DNA of 64,000 nucleotides from a virus: IMG/VR virus record IMGVR_UViG_2932017207_000003, positions 1,193 to 65,192 of that record; one strand, 5' to 3'. Shown piece by piece: positions 55,702 to 64,000 of this stretch (position 1 is its first letter; each line of letters starts with the position of its first letter). The notes under the pieces were generated by a model. It saw only the letters and a program-made list of their open reading frames with translations, ran no database searches and was not told where the DNA came from. The position numbers and the translations under genes were made by a program.

Positions 55702-56123
55702 CAGCGGTCACCGTCCAGGGCCGCGAGGATGCGTTCCTCGCCGTCTGCTCCGACTGCGAAGCTGTACGCCATCGCCCGCACGCGTTCGATGGTTGCTCGC
55801 GCTTCCCGTAGTTCGGCGATGAGTGCGGGTGCAGCGTTGTGGATGGCGGCAATCCATTTGGCGTCGTTGCGCTCGGGGATGCCGCTGTCGTGGTCGGCGA
55901 TTCGGGCCTGGGCAATCTCTCCGTCCGGGGCAGCCTTGTTGCTCGGCCCGTTGTCCATGCGGAAGACACCCGCATAGTCCTTTCGCCCCGCGACCCAAAC
56001 CCACCACCAACCCTCGCCGTCCTCGGTGTCGAACGAGTCGTCGGCCATGTTGTAGGCCGCCCACTCGCCGGGTGTGGCCTTTGCGTGCACCTGTTCGAGC
56101 TTGTCGAGGTCGATGCTTGTCAT
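55701..56123 (-). CDS. Ead/Ea22-like protein
   Basis: L......ATPGEW...DAKWIAA..NA.PALIAELR. Confidence 0.65.
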   Translation of the reverse strand: MTSIDLDKLEQVHAKATPGEWAAYNMADDSFDTEDGEGWWWVWVAGRKDYAGVFRMDNGPSNKAAPDGEIAQARIADHDSGIPERNDAKWIAAIHNAAPALIAELREARATIERVRAMAYSFAVGADGEERILAALDGDR

Positions 56124-56362
56124 GGAGTGACCTCCTCGCATCGTGCGTAGCCCTTGGCTCGCTCGTTCGCAGCCCCGCAGTTGATGTGCCACACGCGGCC
56201 AGTGTTCGGGTCGGTGATGCCTATCCACCATGCGTTCTGGTCCATCGACTCGAAGTGGATGTCGACACTGTGGGCGACGAACTCGTCGAACTCCTCGGTT
56301 CCGTCAGCGAGGGTCACGTATCGGGCTTCCGGTGCGCCGGTTGCGCTCGAGTCGGTGCTCAC
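56120..56362 (-). CDS. Hypothetical protein
   Basis: 80 aa, coupled. Confidence 0.55.
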   Translation of the reverse strand: MSTDSSATGAPEARYVTLADGTEEFDEFVAHSVDIHFESMDQNAWWIGITDPNTGRVWHINCGAANERAKGYARCEEVTP

Positions 56363-56538
56363 TGGCTCTCCTCGGTGATGCCGTAGGCGCCGCGAATCTT
56401 GGTGACAGCGTCGTCGAGTAGTCGTTCGATCTGCCAGCGCATGTATGGGTGGTCGTGCAGCTTTAGGAGGTCGTTGCTGACCTCGACTGTGATGTTGCCG
56501 AGGGTTGGCGATTGGACGGTGATCTGGATCTTGGTCAT
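56359..56538 (-). CDS. Hypothetical protein
   Basis: 59 aa, coupled. Confidence 0.5.
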   Translation of the reverse strand: MTKIQITVQSPTLGNITVEVSNDLLKLHDHPYMRWQIERLLDDAVTKIRGAYGITEESQ

Positions 56539-56759
56539 TCGTTGTCCTTGTCTGTGTCCCCCGAGTTGTCGCCGGGGTAGCCGTAGCAGGGGTAGTTGCG
56601 GTTGGTGAGGGTGAGGCCGGCAGCTTCGGGTGTGAGGCATCGGTAGGCGCGGCGGTGAGCGTCGAACGCGGTGATGCCCGAAAAGGTGGTGTGGCAACCG
56701 GTGCAGTGACCGGTGTTCATACCGCCCCACTCAGCCTTGCAGCGAGGGCATTTGGTCAC
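56535..56759 (-). CDS. FDxHR zinc-binding phage protein
   Basis: C..C...W.G....HC..CH.TF....AFDAHR. Confidence 0.7.
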   Translation of the reverse strand: MTKCPRCKAEWGGMNTGHCTGCHTTFSGITAFDAHRRAYRCLTPEAAGLTLTNRNYPCYGYPGDNSGDTDKDNE

Positions 56760-57016
56760 GGCTCGCCTCGGAGCCGCTTGATGGTTATGCATGGGTGCCG
56801 GTACGGTGTGGCGGCAATCAGGGAACACGTTGTGCAGTACTGGTCTCCGTGCCCGTCAACCATGTACGGCTTGTGTAGTTCCTCGACGCGGTCGATTTTG
56901 GAGCGGATGGGCCGCTGCCAGCCGGCGATCTGCTCCAACTCCTGGTTGCGTTGCGCGACCAACTCTTCGAACTTCGTCTTGTAGTCGACGTCGGGGAAAT
57001 CGAGCTGCTCACTCAT
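56756..57016 (-). CDS. Hypothetical protein
   Basis: 86 aa; C..C....PC.T. Confidence 0.55.
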   Translation of the reverse strand: MSEQLDFPDVDYKTKFEELVAQRNQELEQIAGWQRPIRSKIDRVEELHKPYMVDGHGDQYCTTCSLIAATPYRHPCITIKRLRGEP

Positions 57017-57281
57017 CGGTATCTCCCATGTATCGGACGTACACCTGGCCGTCGCGGGCTGTGGCTTCGTAGTTGCCGCGGAAGGCTGGGTAGTGGCCGC
57101 GGCGGATGTTGGCGGCGTGGTTGGAGGCGCGGGTCTTCGAGGTGAAGTCGCGGGGGAAGATGCCCCACTCCCCCGGGTTGTCGCGCAGGAACTCAGCGAA
57201 CTCGGTGTAGACGCGGTTGGTGTTGCCACCGATGAACTTGTTCGCGATGGGCGGCGGGTCGGACAGCTTGAATGCAGTCAT
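57009..57281 (-). CDS. Hypothetical DNA-binding-like protein
   Basis: L..NPGEW....A..IR.G...F.G..EA..R...VYVRY. Confidence 0.6.
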   Translation of the reverse strand: MTAFKLSDPPPIANKFIGGNTNRVYTEFAEFLRDNPGEWGIFPRDFTSKTRASNHAANIRRGHYPAFRGNYEATARDGQVYVRYMGDTDE

Positions 57282-57294
57282 GATGCTTCCTTGA

Positions 57295-57966
57295 TCAGGC
57301 GGCGAGGGGCCACGCGGTGTTGATGTCGTCGGTGGGTTTGCCTTCGCGTTTGCGGTAGGCGATGTAGTCGAGTTGCCGTTCGCGGTGCATTTCGGTCTGC
57401 TTCGCCATCAACTCGTTGGGGCCGATCAACGTGAGGATCGGGTAGCGGCGGGGCATCATCCAGGCGAGGCGGGCTGCTGCGATGGCGTCGGCTTCCGCTT
57501 CGTGCGCGTTGTCGAGCTTCACCCCGTAGTGCTCGCAGACGGCGCCGAGCTTCCGGGATCCGCGCCGGTATGTGTCGAGGCCGCGGTCCAACACGTAGGG
57601 ATCGCAGACTGGTCCATCAACGGTGAATCGGCCGGCGGTCTGTGTGTGGAGGACGGTGAGGTCGTAGACGGCGTTGAACGCGCACAGCACGCGGTCTTCG
57701 GCCCACATGTTCACGATCTCGTCGGCGACCTCGTTGACCACTTCGTCGTGCGGTCGGCCGTGCTCACGCGCGTGTTCCGTCGTGATGCCGTGAATCTCGG
57801 TGGCCCCGGCAGGGATCTCACAGCCTGGATCCGCCAACCACGTCTTCGACGTGACCGTGGAACCATCAACGCGTCCGACGCAGGCGGTGACGATGCGCGC
57901 GGTCTTCGGATCTGGAGAGGTTGATTCGACGTCGAAAAACGCCAAATCCATGTCTGACCAGATCAT
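57295..57966 (-). CDS. DEDDh 3'-5' exonuclease (DnaQ/Pol III epsilon-like)
   Basis: FDVEST, IHGITTE, FNAVYDL, AHEAEADA. Confidence 0.9.
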   Translation of the reverse strand: MIWSDMDLAFFDVESTSPDPKTARIVTACVGRVDGSTVTSKTWLADPGCEIPAGATEIHGITTEHAREHGRPHDEVVNEVADEIVNMWAEDRVLCAFNAVYDLTVLHTQTAGRFTVDGPVCDPYVLDRGLDTYRRGSRKLGAVCEHYGVKLDNAHEAEADAIAAARLAWMMPRRYPILTLIGPNELMAKQTEMHRERQLDYIAYRKREGKPTDDINTAWPLAA

Positions 57967-58139
57967 TCTGCGAGTCCCGAGCGCTGGAGCTGGGTGCGGA
58001 TTGCGGCGGCTTGGTTGATGGCTGCGATCCAGCGCTGGTCGGCGGCGTTGGCGCGGTCTTGGAGGTTGCGGCGGGAGTAGAAGGCGGCTTCGTTGCTGGC
58101 GCGTTCGGCGATGGTTTCGAGTGCGATGAGCTGGTCCAT
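57963..58139 (-). CDS. Small hypothetical protein
   Basis: MDQLIALETIAERA... after a GGAG RBS. Confidence 0.45.
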   Translation of the reverse strand: MDQLIALETIAERASNEAAFYSRRNLQDRANAADQRWIAAINQAAAIRTQLQRSGLAE

Positions 58140-58326
58140 GAGAGTTCTCCTGGGTTGGTGGGCGGCCCGCCCGGCAGGGTGGTCATGACGGGCGGGCCGC
58201 GGTCTTAGTTGGCGAGGGCGAGGTGTCGGGGTCGTGTTGCCTTGTAGGCGGTTTCGATGTCGCATCCGTGGTCGAGCATGTAGGCGATCGCCGCCAACGC
58301 TGCGGGGTGCGGGGTGAAGTCGGAGG

Positions 58327-58575
58327 TCATGCGGGCACCTGCTTCCAGTCGCGGCACGAGAGGGTCCAGTTGGTTTCGCGGTCGTTGACGGGTTGACCGT
58401 TGTGGCGGACGCGGCGGGCGAGGATTTCGAACTCTCCGAGTGCGGTGATGCGGATGACGGAAGGTCCGTAGCCTTCGTCGCCTTCGAGGAGGGTTCCGGG
58501 GAGCCATCCGAGGCGGCGGCACACATCGGCTTCGTTCTCGTATCCCGTGGTCGTCGTGAGCCGGGTGATGGTCAT
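58327..58575 (-). CDS. Hypothetical protein
   Basis: 82 aa, coupled. Confidence 0.55.
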   Translation of the reverse strand: MTITRLTTTTGYENEADVCRRLGWLPGTLLEGDEGYGPSVIRITALGEFEILARRVRHNGQPVNDRETNWTLSCRDWKQVPA

Positions 58576-59293
58576 GCGATGGCCTCCCACCAGGGCATGG
58601 AGCCGAGCATCAGCCCTAGCACGATGGCGGTCGCGGTGCCAGTGATCTTGTCGGAACGTTCGCGCCGGCAGTCAGCATGGAACTTGTCAGCGACGGCAAG
58701 GATGTGCGTGTCACTCATGCCGCGACTCCCCGGATTTCGAAGTGGTCGAGTGGCATCGCGCAGGTGGTGATCTGGTTCATGTCGCCGTCGAGCGCGATCA
58801 CGACACGGATGTACGGATGGCAGTACTCGAGCACGTCGAGAACAAGGTCGGGGGTGCTGTAGTCGTTGGTGACGAGTTGTGCGTTCATGCTGCTGCTCCT
58901 GTCGGCTCGATCGCGGTCCATTCGCCTGACTCATCTGCTCGGGTGACGACGCGGGGCGGGTAGTCCCACTCCTCGACGTCGTCGAACACGCGGTAGACGG
59001 TGGCGAGGCAGGCCTCAGCGGATTCCTGGGTGAGGTGGATGCATAGGTCTTCTTCGCCGTACTGACCTCCGCAATCGACCGCCCACTGACGGCCGGTCAC
59101 GACTTGACTCCCGCGATCGCGAAACGCCACTCGGCGTGCTGCTGGGGCAACTTGGGTGCCACGCAGATCGTCGCCGCGACCTGAGCGAGCGTCGCGTGCA
59201 CCTGCGCTGTCGCAACTATCAGCGAATCTCGCGGGTCGGTGCCGTCAGCAAGCTTGAGCAGCCGTTCGGCCTCCGCGTAATGCTGTGCCCCGT

Positions 59294-59614
59294 TCATGCC
59301 GCCACCTGCTGGTTGTAGTGCTTCCACCAGCCGGAGAGGGTGATGTGGATGCCGTCTTCGGGGTCGAGATCTTCGCGGTATCCGAGCGCTGCGACGTTCT
59401 CGTGAGCGTGGTCGGCACAGAAGTACTCGTCGGTGCTGGTGTAGCAGTTTTCGTCGTAGTCCATGGGCGCGTACTTGGCGACTACGACTGCAGGGTTCTT
59501 GCACAGGTCGCATTCGAGGGTGCGCCACTGGTCGCTGTAGTCGAGCTGGCCGTAGATGCCGGCAGCGTCCGAGAGGTCGAGTGCGGTGAGGATTTCGCGG
59601 GTCTGTTCGGTCAT
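59294..59614 (-). CDS. Hypothetical protein
   Basis: 106 aa with C..C...A. Confidence 0.5.
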   Translation of the reverse strand: MTEQTREILTALDLSDAAGIYGQLDYSDQWRTLECDLCKNPAVVVAKYAPMDYDENCYTSTDEYFCADHAHENVAALGYREDLDPEDGIHITLSGWWKHYNQQVAA

Positions 59615-59774
59615 TAGAGTGCCACTCCTGCCTCGAAGTAGTTGTCGCAGTCGACGCACATGGAGTAGGCGCCGAATTCGTCGTTGTAGTGCTGGGTTTG
59701 GTCTTCGTGTTCACACATTTGCGTGGCCTCTTTCGCTTGGTTTCCGGTGCCAGCCGGTTGGTGTTGATGTGAAC

Positions 59775-59817
59775 ACCGTACATGTCGTGTTGGGTTGACG
59801 CAACGGGTTGCGTTAAC
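59775..59817 (-). promoter_or_regulatory. Leftward early promoter overlapped by operator-like GTTGCGTYAAC sites
   Basis: TTGCGT-17 nt-TACGGT (59803 to 59775); inverted operators at 59794-59804 and 59807-59817. Confidence 0.7.
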
Positions 59818-59912
59818 TGAATTGGTGGTGTGTACTGATCGTGTCGCGGCCACTAGATGCGCCGCCCACACACTTCGTTCCTGTTCAACCTCAACCGTTT
59901 TGAGGAGACCTC

Positions 59913-60119
59913 ATGCTTGTTTGCGACTGCGGCACATTCGATCGCCGCCACGACTACGGCTGCCACGGCTGGCGCCGGCCTGCCACCCGTGACGGGATCC
60001 GCGGAGCCAACCGCCGAGCTGTCGCCAACCCCGGCCCCTACACCGGCCCCCTCGCCCCAGACCCGTGGGGTTGGGGCGCCCGCGGCATCACCAACCCCGA
60101 CAAGGAGACCCAGCGATGA
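59913..60119 (+). CDS. Cys/His-rich hypothetical protein
   Basis: GAGGAG RBS; first gene of the rightward array. Confidence 0.55.
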   Translation: MLVCDCGTFDRRHDYGCHGWRRPATRDGIRGANRRAVANPGPYTGPLAPDPWGWGARGITNPDKETQR

Positions 60120-60478
60120 GCCGTCCCGAAACGATTGATGATCTTGACGAGTACACGCGACGCGGGAATCAGGCCGCGATCGGCACCGTCAGCGAGTTCG
60201 ATAACCAGCCGGACATGATCGCCGCGTGGGGCCAGTTCCTGCAGGCGGCCCGCGATGCCGGCTACGCCATCGCCGACAACGGTCACGTGTACCGGACCCC
60301 GACCTACGACGAACTTAAGCGTGACCTGACCTACCGGCAGGAGGCGTGGGATCGCACCGCCGCCGAGTACGAGGCTGTGCTCGACGGGGCTGATGAGCCG
60401 AAGTACCCGTATGCGCTGAAGGAGTGGTGCCGCAAGGAAGGCCACGACTACCCATACACGGAGGAGACCCAGCGATGA
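60116..60478 (+). CDS. Hypothetical protein
   Basis: 120 aa, ATGA-coupled. Confidence 0.6.
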   Translation: MSRPETIDDLDEYTRRGNQAAIGTVSEFDNQPDMIAAWGQFLQAARDAGYAIADNGHVYRTPTYDELKRDLTYRQEAWDRTAAEYEAVLDGADEPKYPYALKEWCRKEGHDYPYTEETQR

Positions 60479-61482
60479 CCGACACGATCAACACGTACGC
60501 CGATCCGGGCTCGGATCCCGCGCACGAGTGGGGTGCGGGGAAGCCTGAGTGGACAATCCGCGTTGGCGACTCCACCGTCACGCCTGCATCGCTGCGGGCA
60601 CACGCGGACCACATGGAGCGGCGATCACCGGGCAGCATCACCGCTGAGCAGTTGCTGCAGGAGGCCGCCCGTCTGGAGGCTGAGTCTGCCCACGACGAGG
60701 AGGCGGAACGGTACGCGAAGGTGCAGAACGCTGCCGAATGCGCCGTCTTCCCTGGCGCCTGGATCCCGTTCGACGAGACCGGGCCGAATCATCGGAAGAC
60801 GATCCTAGCTGGCGTCCGCGCTGTCCTGGATCAGCTTGCGGCTGATGGGCGTCTACTCCCCGAAGGCGAAGAGCGAACCGTCTACGACGAGACGACGCTG
60901 CTGCGGGTTTATGACGGCCTGAAAGATGCCGGGGTGTCAGGCAAGACGGCAGTGAACGCGGTGACGCAGATGCAGAACCAGGGCATCCTGTTCCGCCAGT
61001 CACCCGTCACCCCGCCTGCTGTGTCTGTCCCGCTGGAGCTTCCGACGGAGCCGGGCTCTCGGATCAGGGCATCGGTGAAGCGGTGGGGATCCGCGCTTGA
61101 GTGGGCTGCGACTGACCCGTACGTGGACACGTTCACGCTTGGCGGCCGCTGCTGGGAAGCGGAGAACGATTCGCTAGTGGTTGGCACGTGGAACCGCGAG
61201 TACATCACCGTGCTCGAGGTGCTGCCTGCTGTGTCTGTCCCGGACAGCGGGCCGGATGGCACACCGGAGAAGCCCTGGGAGACAGCAGCAGAGGTGCCCG
61301 CCGGTGTGAAGTACGTCAGCCGGGACAGCCACTGCTATGGCGGCTTCGCGTGGATCAACGAGGCCGGCAAGCAGCGTTGGCTCGAGCTGGGTACTGGGAG
61401 TTCCTGGCCGACTCTAACTGTCACCGATCTGGAGTGGGCAGACCTCGCCCCGTTTGTGCGCGTGGACGGAGACAAGCGGTGA
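60475..61482 (+). CDS. Multi-module hypothetical protein
   Basis: 335 aa; PAVSVP repeated twice; ends VDGDKR. Confidence 0.65.
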   Translation: MTDTINTYADPGSDPAHEWGAGKPEWTIRVGDSTVTPASLRAHADHMERRSPGSITAEQLLQEAARLEAESAHDEEAERYAKVQNAAECAVFPGAWIPFDETGPNHRKTILAGVRAVLDQLAADGRLLPEGEERTVYDETTLLRVYDGLKDAGVSGKTAVNAVTQMQNQGILFRQSPVTPPAVSVPLELPTEPGSRIRASVKRWGSALEWAATDPYVDTFTLGGRCWEAENDSLVVGTWNREYITVLEVLPAVSVPDSGPDGTPEKPWETAAEVPAGVKYVSRDSHCYGGFAWINEAGKQRWLELGTGSSWPTLTVTDLEWADLAPFVRVDGDKR

Positions 61483-61484
61483 GC

Positions 61485-61688
61485 ATGCAGTACATCCGCG
61501 ACTACTACCGAGTGCCGGCCAAGCGTGGTGCCCGAATCGTGTACCGCGAGTTCGGCCCCCGCCAGGAAGGCGTGATCGTCGGATCGTGCGATCAGTACCT
61601 CCGGGTCCGTTTCGACGACAACCCAGGGCTCATCGAGACCGTGCACCCGACATCCGGAGTGACCTACGTGGACGGAGACAAGGCATGA
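61485..61688 (+). CDS. Conserved small phage protein
   Basis: YIRDYYRVPAKRG.R.....G.I.G....YLRVRFD...HPT. Confidence 0.7.
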   Translation: MQYIRDYYRVPAKRGARIVYREFGPRQEGVIVGSCDQYLRVRFDDNPGLIETVHPTSGVTYVDGDKA

Positions 61689-61894
61689 GCGGCTACGAGT
61701 ACCGGATCGAGTACACGATCTTGCGCGCACCCGAGGGCTCCGACGACTTTGTGGAGGTCGGGTTTGGGTCGAGCGGATCGTCGACGGACCTCAACTCCGC
61801 TGCATACGACCTCGACTCGCAGGTGCAGAACCGGATGTGGGAGACCGAGCCGGGGATGCCGGACCCGAATGATGTGGACGGAGACAAGGCATGA
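61685..61894 (+). CDS. Hypothetical protein
   Basis: 69 aa, ends VDGDKA. Confidence 0.6.
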   Translation: MSGYEYRIEYTILRAPEGSDDFVEVGFGSSGSSTDLNSAAYDLDSQVQNRMWETEPGMPDPNDVDGDKA

Positions 61895-62187
61895 CGACTC
61901 CGCAGACGTTCCGGAAGAGGGTCGCAGATGTCGCCGCTATCCAGTGGACCGGTGACAACCCGTACGCCGTGCGCGCATTCACTGGCATTCGCAAAGTTGA
62001 ACCCTCCGGAAACCACCACGTGTTCACCATCCAATCAGGGCACGGCGAACTGTACGTCGAAGCGGACAACGTGTGGCGCGACATCGCGATCGGCGACTGG
62101 ATCGTCAAGGGCTCACGTGGCTTCTACCCCTGCAAGCCGGACATTTTCGCCCAGACGTATGAAGAGGCTGAGGGAGGCCGGTCGTGA
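61891..62187 (+). CDS. Conserved phage protein, paralog of 54479-54775
   Basis: FRKR...AIQWTG...GDWIVK...FYPCKPDIF..TYE. Confidence 0.75.
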   Translation: MTTPQTFRKRVADVAAIQWTGDNPYAVRAFTGIRKVEPSGNHHVFTIQSGHGELYVEADNVWRDIAIGDWIVKGSRGFYPCKPDIFAQTYEEAEGGRS

Positions 62188-62378
62188 GCGCGGAACAGAA
62201 GGCCGTGAAGGTGTCCACAAACACCGACGTCACGTACTGGATTGATGAGGCGTACTGCACATTCCTGTGCGGCAATGACGAGGCCCGTGCAATCCGCTTC
62301 CGCGACAAGTATTACCCCAACGGATCCGTGCGGAAGAAGACGGTCGTGACGACCTGCGTCAGTGAGGTGATCGCGTGA
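62184..62378 (+). CDS. Hypothetical protein
   Basis: 64 aa, GTGA-coupled. Confidence 0.5.
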   Translation: MSAEQKAVKVSTNTDVTYWIDEAYCTFLCGNDEARAIRFRDKYYPNGSVRKKTVVTTCVSEVIA

Positions 62379-62550
62379 GCACTGCGGAACAGAAGGCGGC
62401 CCGACACGAGCGGGAAGCCAACGCGGCAGCGTTCACCGCAACCATCCGCCGCTCCTGCACTTGCGACTGCCACACACGAAACGACCACTGTGACAGCTGT
62501 TGCCAGCACCTGCTGTGCGATGACTGCCTGCGCTACGGGATGGAGGGCTG

Positions 62551-62919
62551 ATGAGCACTGCGGAACAGATCATCGCCGAGCACAGGATTAAGCCGTACCT
62601 CACGCGGATTCAGTGCAGGTGTGGCGAGGTGTTCGCCAGCTATGAGGCTCACGCCGCGCATGTGGTGGCTGCACTCACCAACGCCGGCAAGACGATCGTG
62701 GACGGCGCGGGGATTTACGTCGAGTACGGCATCGAGCGTGACATGCCGTCGGGTGACACAAGGGTTGTGGCCGCCTATGACCGTTCTACTGCGGAGCGTG
62801 TCATGGCGGAGCGACCCCACGACACACGACTGGTTCAGCGTCGCGGGCACATCGGTGAGTGGGAACCGGCTGCTGCTCGTGTGGCGGAGGGCGGTGAGCG
62901 CGGTGAAGCGGCTTCGTAA
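62551..62919 (+). CDS. Hypothetical protein
   Basis: H...C.CG......H..HV motif. Confidence 0.55.
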   Translation: MSTAEQIIAEHRIKPYLTRIQCRCGEVFASYEAHAAHVVAALTNAGKTIVDGAGIYVEYGIERDMPSGDTRVVAAYDRSTAERVMAERPHDTRLVQRRGHIGEWEPAAARVAEGGERGEAAS

Positions 62920-63112
62920 CTGGTGGCGCGAGACCCGACGCTGGCGGCACTGCCCACACGAGCGCGTACGCGGCATCTATGGCGACGAGATCATTTTCGG
63001 CACCCCCAACTGGAACCGCCTGCAATGCCTCGACTGCGGGAACTTCCTGGACGGTCCGGTGAGTATCGCGCTGAGTCGGAGGCCTGCGGAGGGCGGTGAG
63101 CGTCGTGGCTGA
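62903..63112 (+). CDS. Cys-rich hypothetical protein
   Basis: CPH....IYGDEI....R.QC.DCG. Confidence 0.55.
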   Translation: MKRLRNWWRETRRWRHCPHERVRGIYGDEIIFGTPNWNRLQCLDCGNFLDGPVSIALSRRPAEGGERRG

Positions 63113-63332
63113 GCGGACCCCTCGCCGCCGGGTGGCTCGGACGTGGCACTACTGCTGCCCCTCGCATCGCATCCAGCCCGGCGACGTGTACCTCGAGCAC
63201 ACCGAGTTCCCCGGCAGCGATGTCGGCTGGGCTGATGCTGCCGGTCATCCCGTCCGGCATCGTGAGTGCTCCGAATGTGCTCTCCGCTACGGCCGTGGGC
63301 ATCTCCTCGCGGAGGGCGGTGACCAGCCGTGA
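63096..63332 (+). CDS. Cys/His-rich hypothetical protein
   Basis: R..AR..H.C.....I.PGD.Y....C..C. Confidence 0.55.
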   Translation: MSVVAERTPRRRVARTWHYCCPSHRIQPGDVYLEHTEFPGSDVGWADAAGHPVRHRECSECALRYGRGHLLAEGGDQP

Positions 63333-63606
63333 GGACCTGCGACATCTGCGGGCAGCACATCGGCTGGATCGAGTACGGCGGAATCCGAAAGTGGGTGCAC
63401 CGCATCACCGACGCCGACCGCATTGGACCACCACACACCACCACCCCGAAGGAGAAGCCGTGAACGACAAGGAAGCACTCGACAAGATCGCCAAGGCTGT
63501 AGCCCTCGACGAGGACGGCATGTGGACCGACCAAGACGGAATCCTCGAATCGATCGGCAACATCGTGCAGAGCACCGGCCGCACCGTCGAAGGCTGGGAG
63601 TAGCCG

Positions 63607-63977
63607 TGAGCCAACGAGACGAAGCCCGCGCCCGCGAGGAGATCCTGTGGGCGATCGGTATGCACTGCTCGCACACGGGTGAACCGCTGCCTGAACCCGC
63701 GGAGCCGTGCCCTTCATGCAGCCTGATCACGAGTGAGGTCCTGGAACGGATCGAAGCCCGTGCCGCGGCACTGCTCGGCTACTCCCGCCCGCGTGTGGTG
63801 GAGACCATCAAAGAACTCGAAGCGCTGCCTGTGTGGTCTGTGGTGCGTGACCGCCGCAAGTACACACTCGAGCGTTGCGATCACGGTTGGTTCATCCCAG
63901 GGCGTGCCGGCTACCGCGACGCCCGCGATATCGCCCTCCCCGCGACTGTCCGGTACCTGCCCGAGGAGGCGAAGTGA
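63607..63977 (+). CDS. Hypothetical protein
   Basis: VSQRDEARAREEILW...LEALPV.SVVRD; start approximate. Confidence 0.5.
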
Positions 63978-64000
63978 GAGACCGCTGCCGCACATACCTC

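Noticed and set aside
60100-63330. CRISPR array or integron attC array
   Set aside because: The repeats are 14-21 nt, lie within coding sequence, belong to several families and are irregularly spaced; no cas or integron integrase gene is present.
1-64000. Integrase, attP, primase/helicase or DNA polymerase
   Set aside because: No motifs found; these may lie outside the window, so the temperate lifestyle remains an inference.

Overview
The window is most of a high-GC siphovirus or prophage genome, probably from a mycolic-acid actinobacterium (Rhodococcus/Gordonia-like; host inferred from the LGFP-repeat lysin, WhiB, cutinase and NrdH). Almost everything from ~1.3 kb to ~59.7 kb runs on the minus strand. 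From right to left: early and accessory genes (DnaQ-like exonuclease, WhiB, RusA, SSB, NTP pyrophosphohydrolase, metallophosphoesterase, Rnl1 RNA ligase plus Pnkp), a four-gene tRNA operon, an HslV-like peptidase, NrdH and a secreted cutinase. Then come TerS, intein-containing TerL, portal, a MuF-ADP-ribosyltransferase fusion, scaffold, capsid, head-tail and tail genes, a 2054-aa tape measure, lysis genes and tail fibres. A plus-strand array of small genes starts at ~59.9 kb. No integrase, replicase, CRISPR array or reverse transcriptase is visible. Best leads: (1) a tRNA-Asp-like gene with a 17-nt insertion in its anticodon loop that hides the anticodon, in a phage encoding Pnkp/Rnl1 heal-and-seal enzymes; (2) the MuF-ART toxin followed by two tandem paralogous micro-ORFs (candidate immunity); (3) a class 3 (WCT) mini-intein with an unusual 12-residue N-terminal extension; (4) short identical repeats at gene boundaries in the rightward array; (5) recurrent operator-like motifs at sigma-A-type promoters. 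All product calls rest on motif recognition by eye; no database searches were run.
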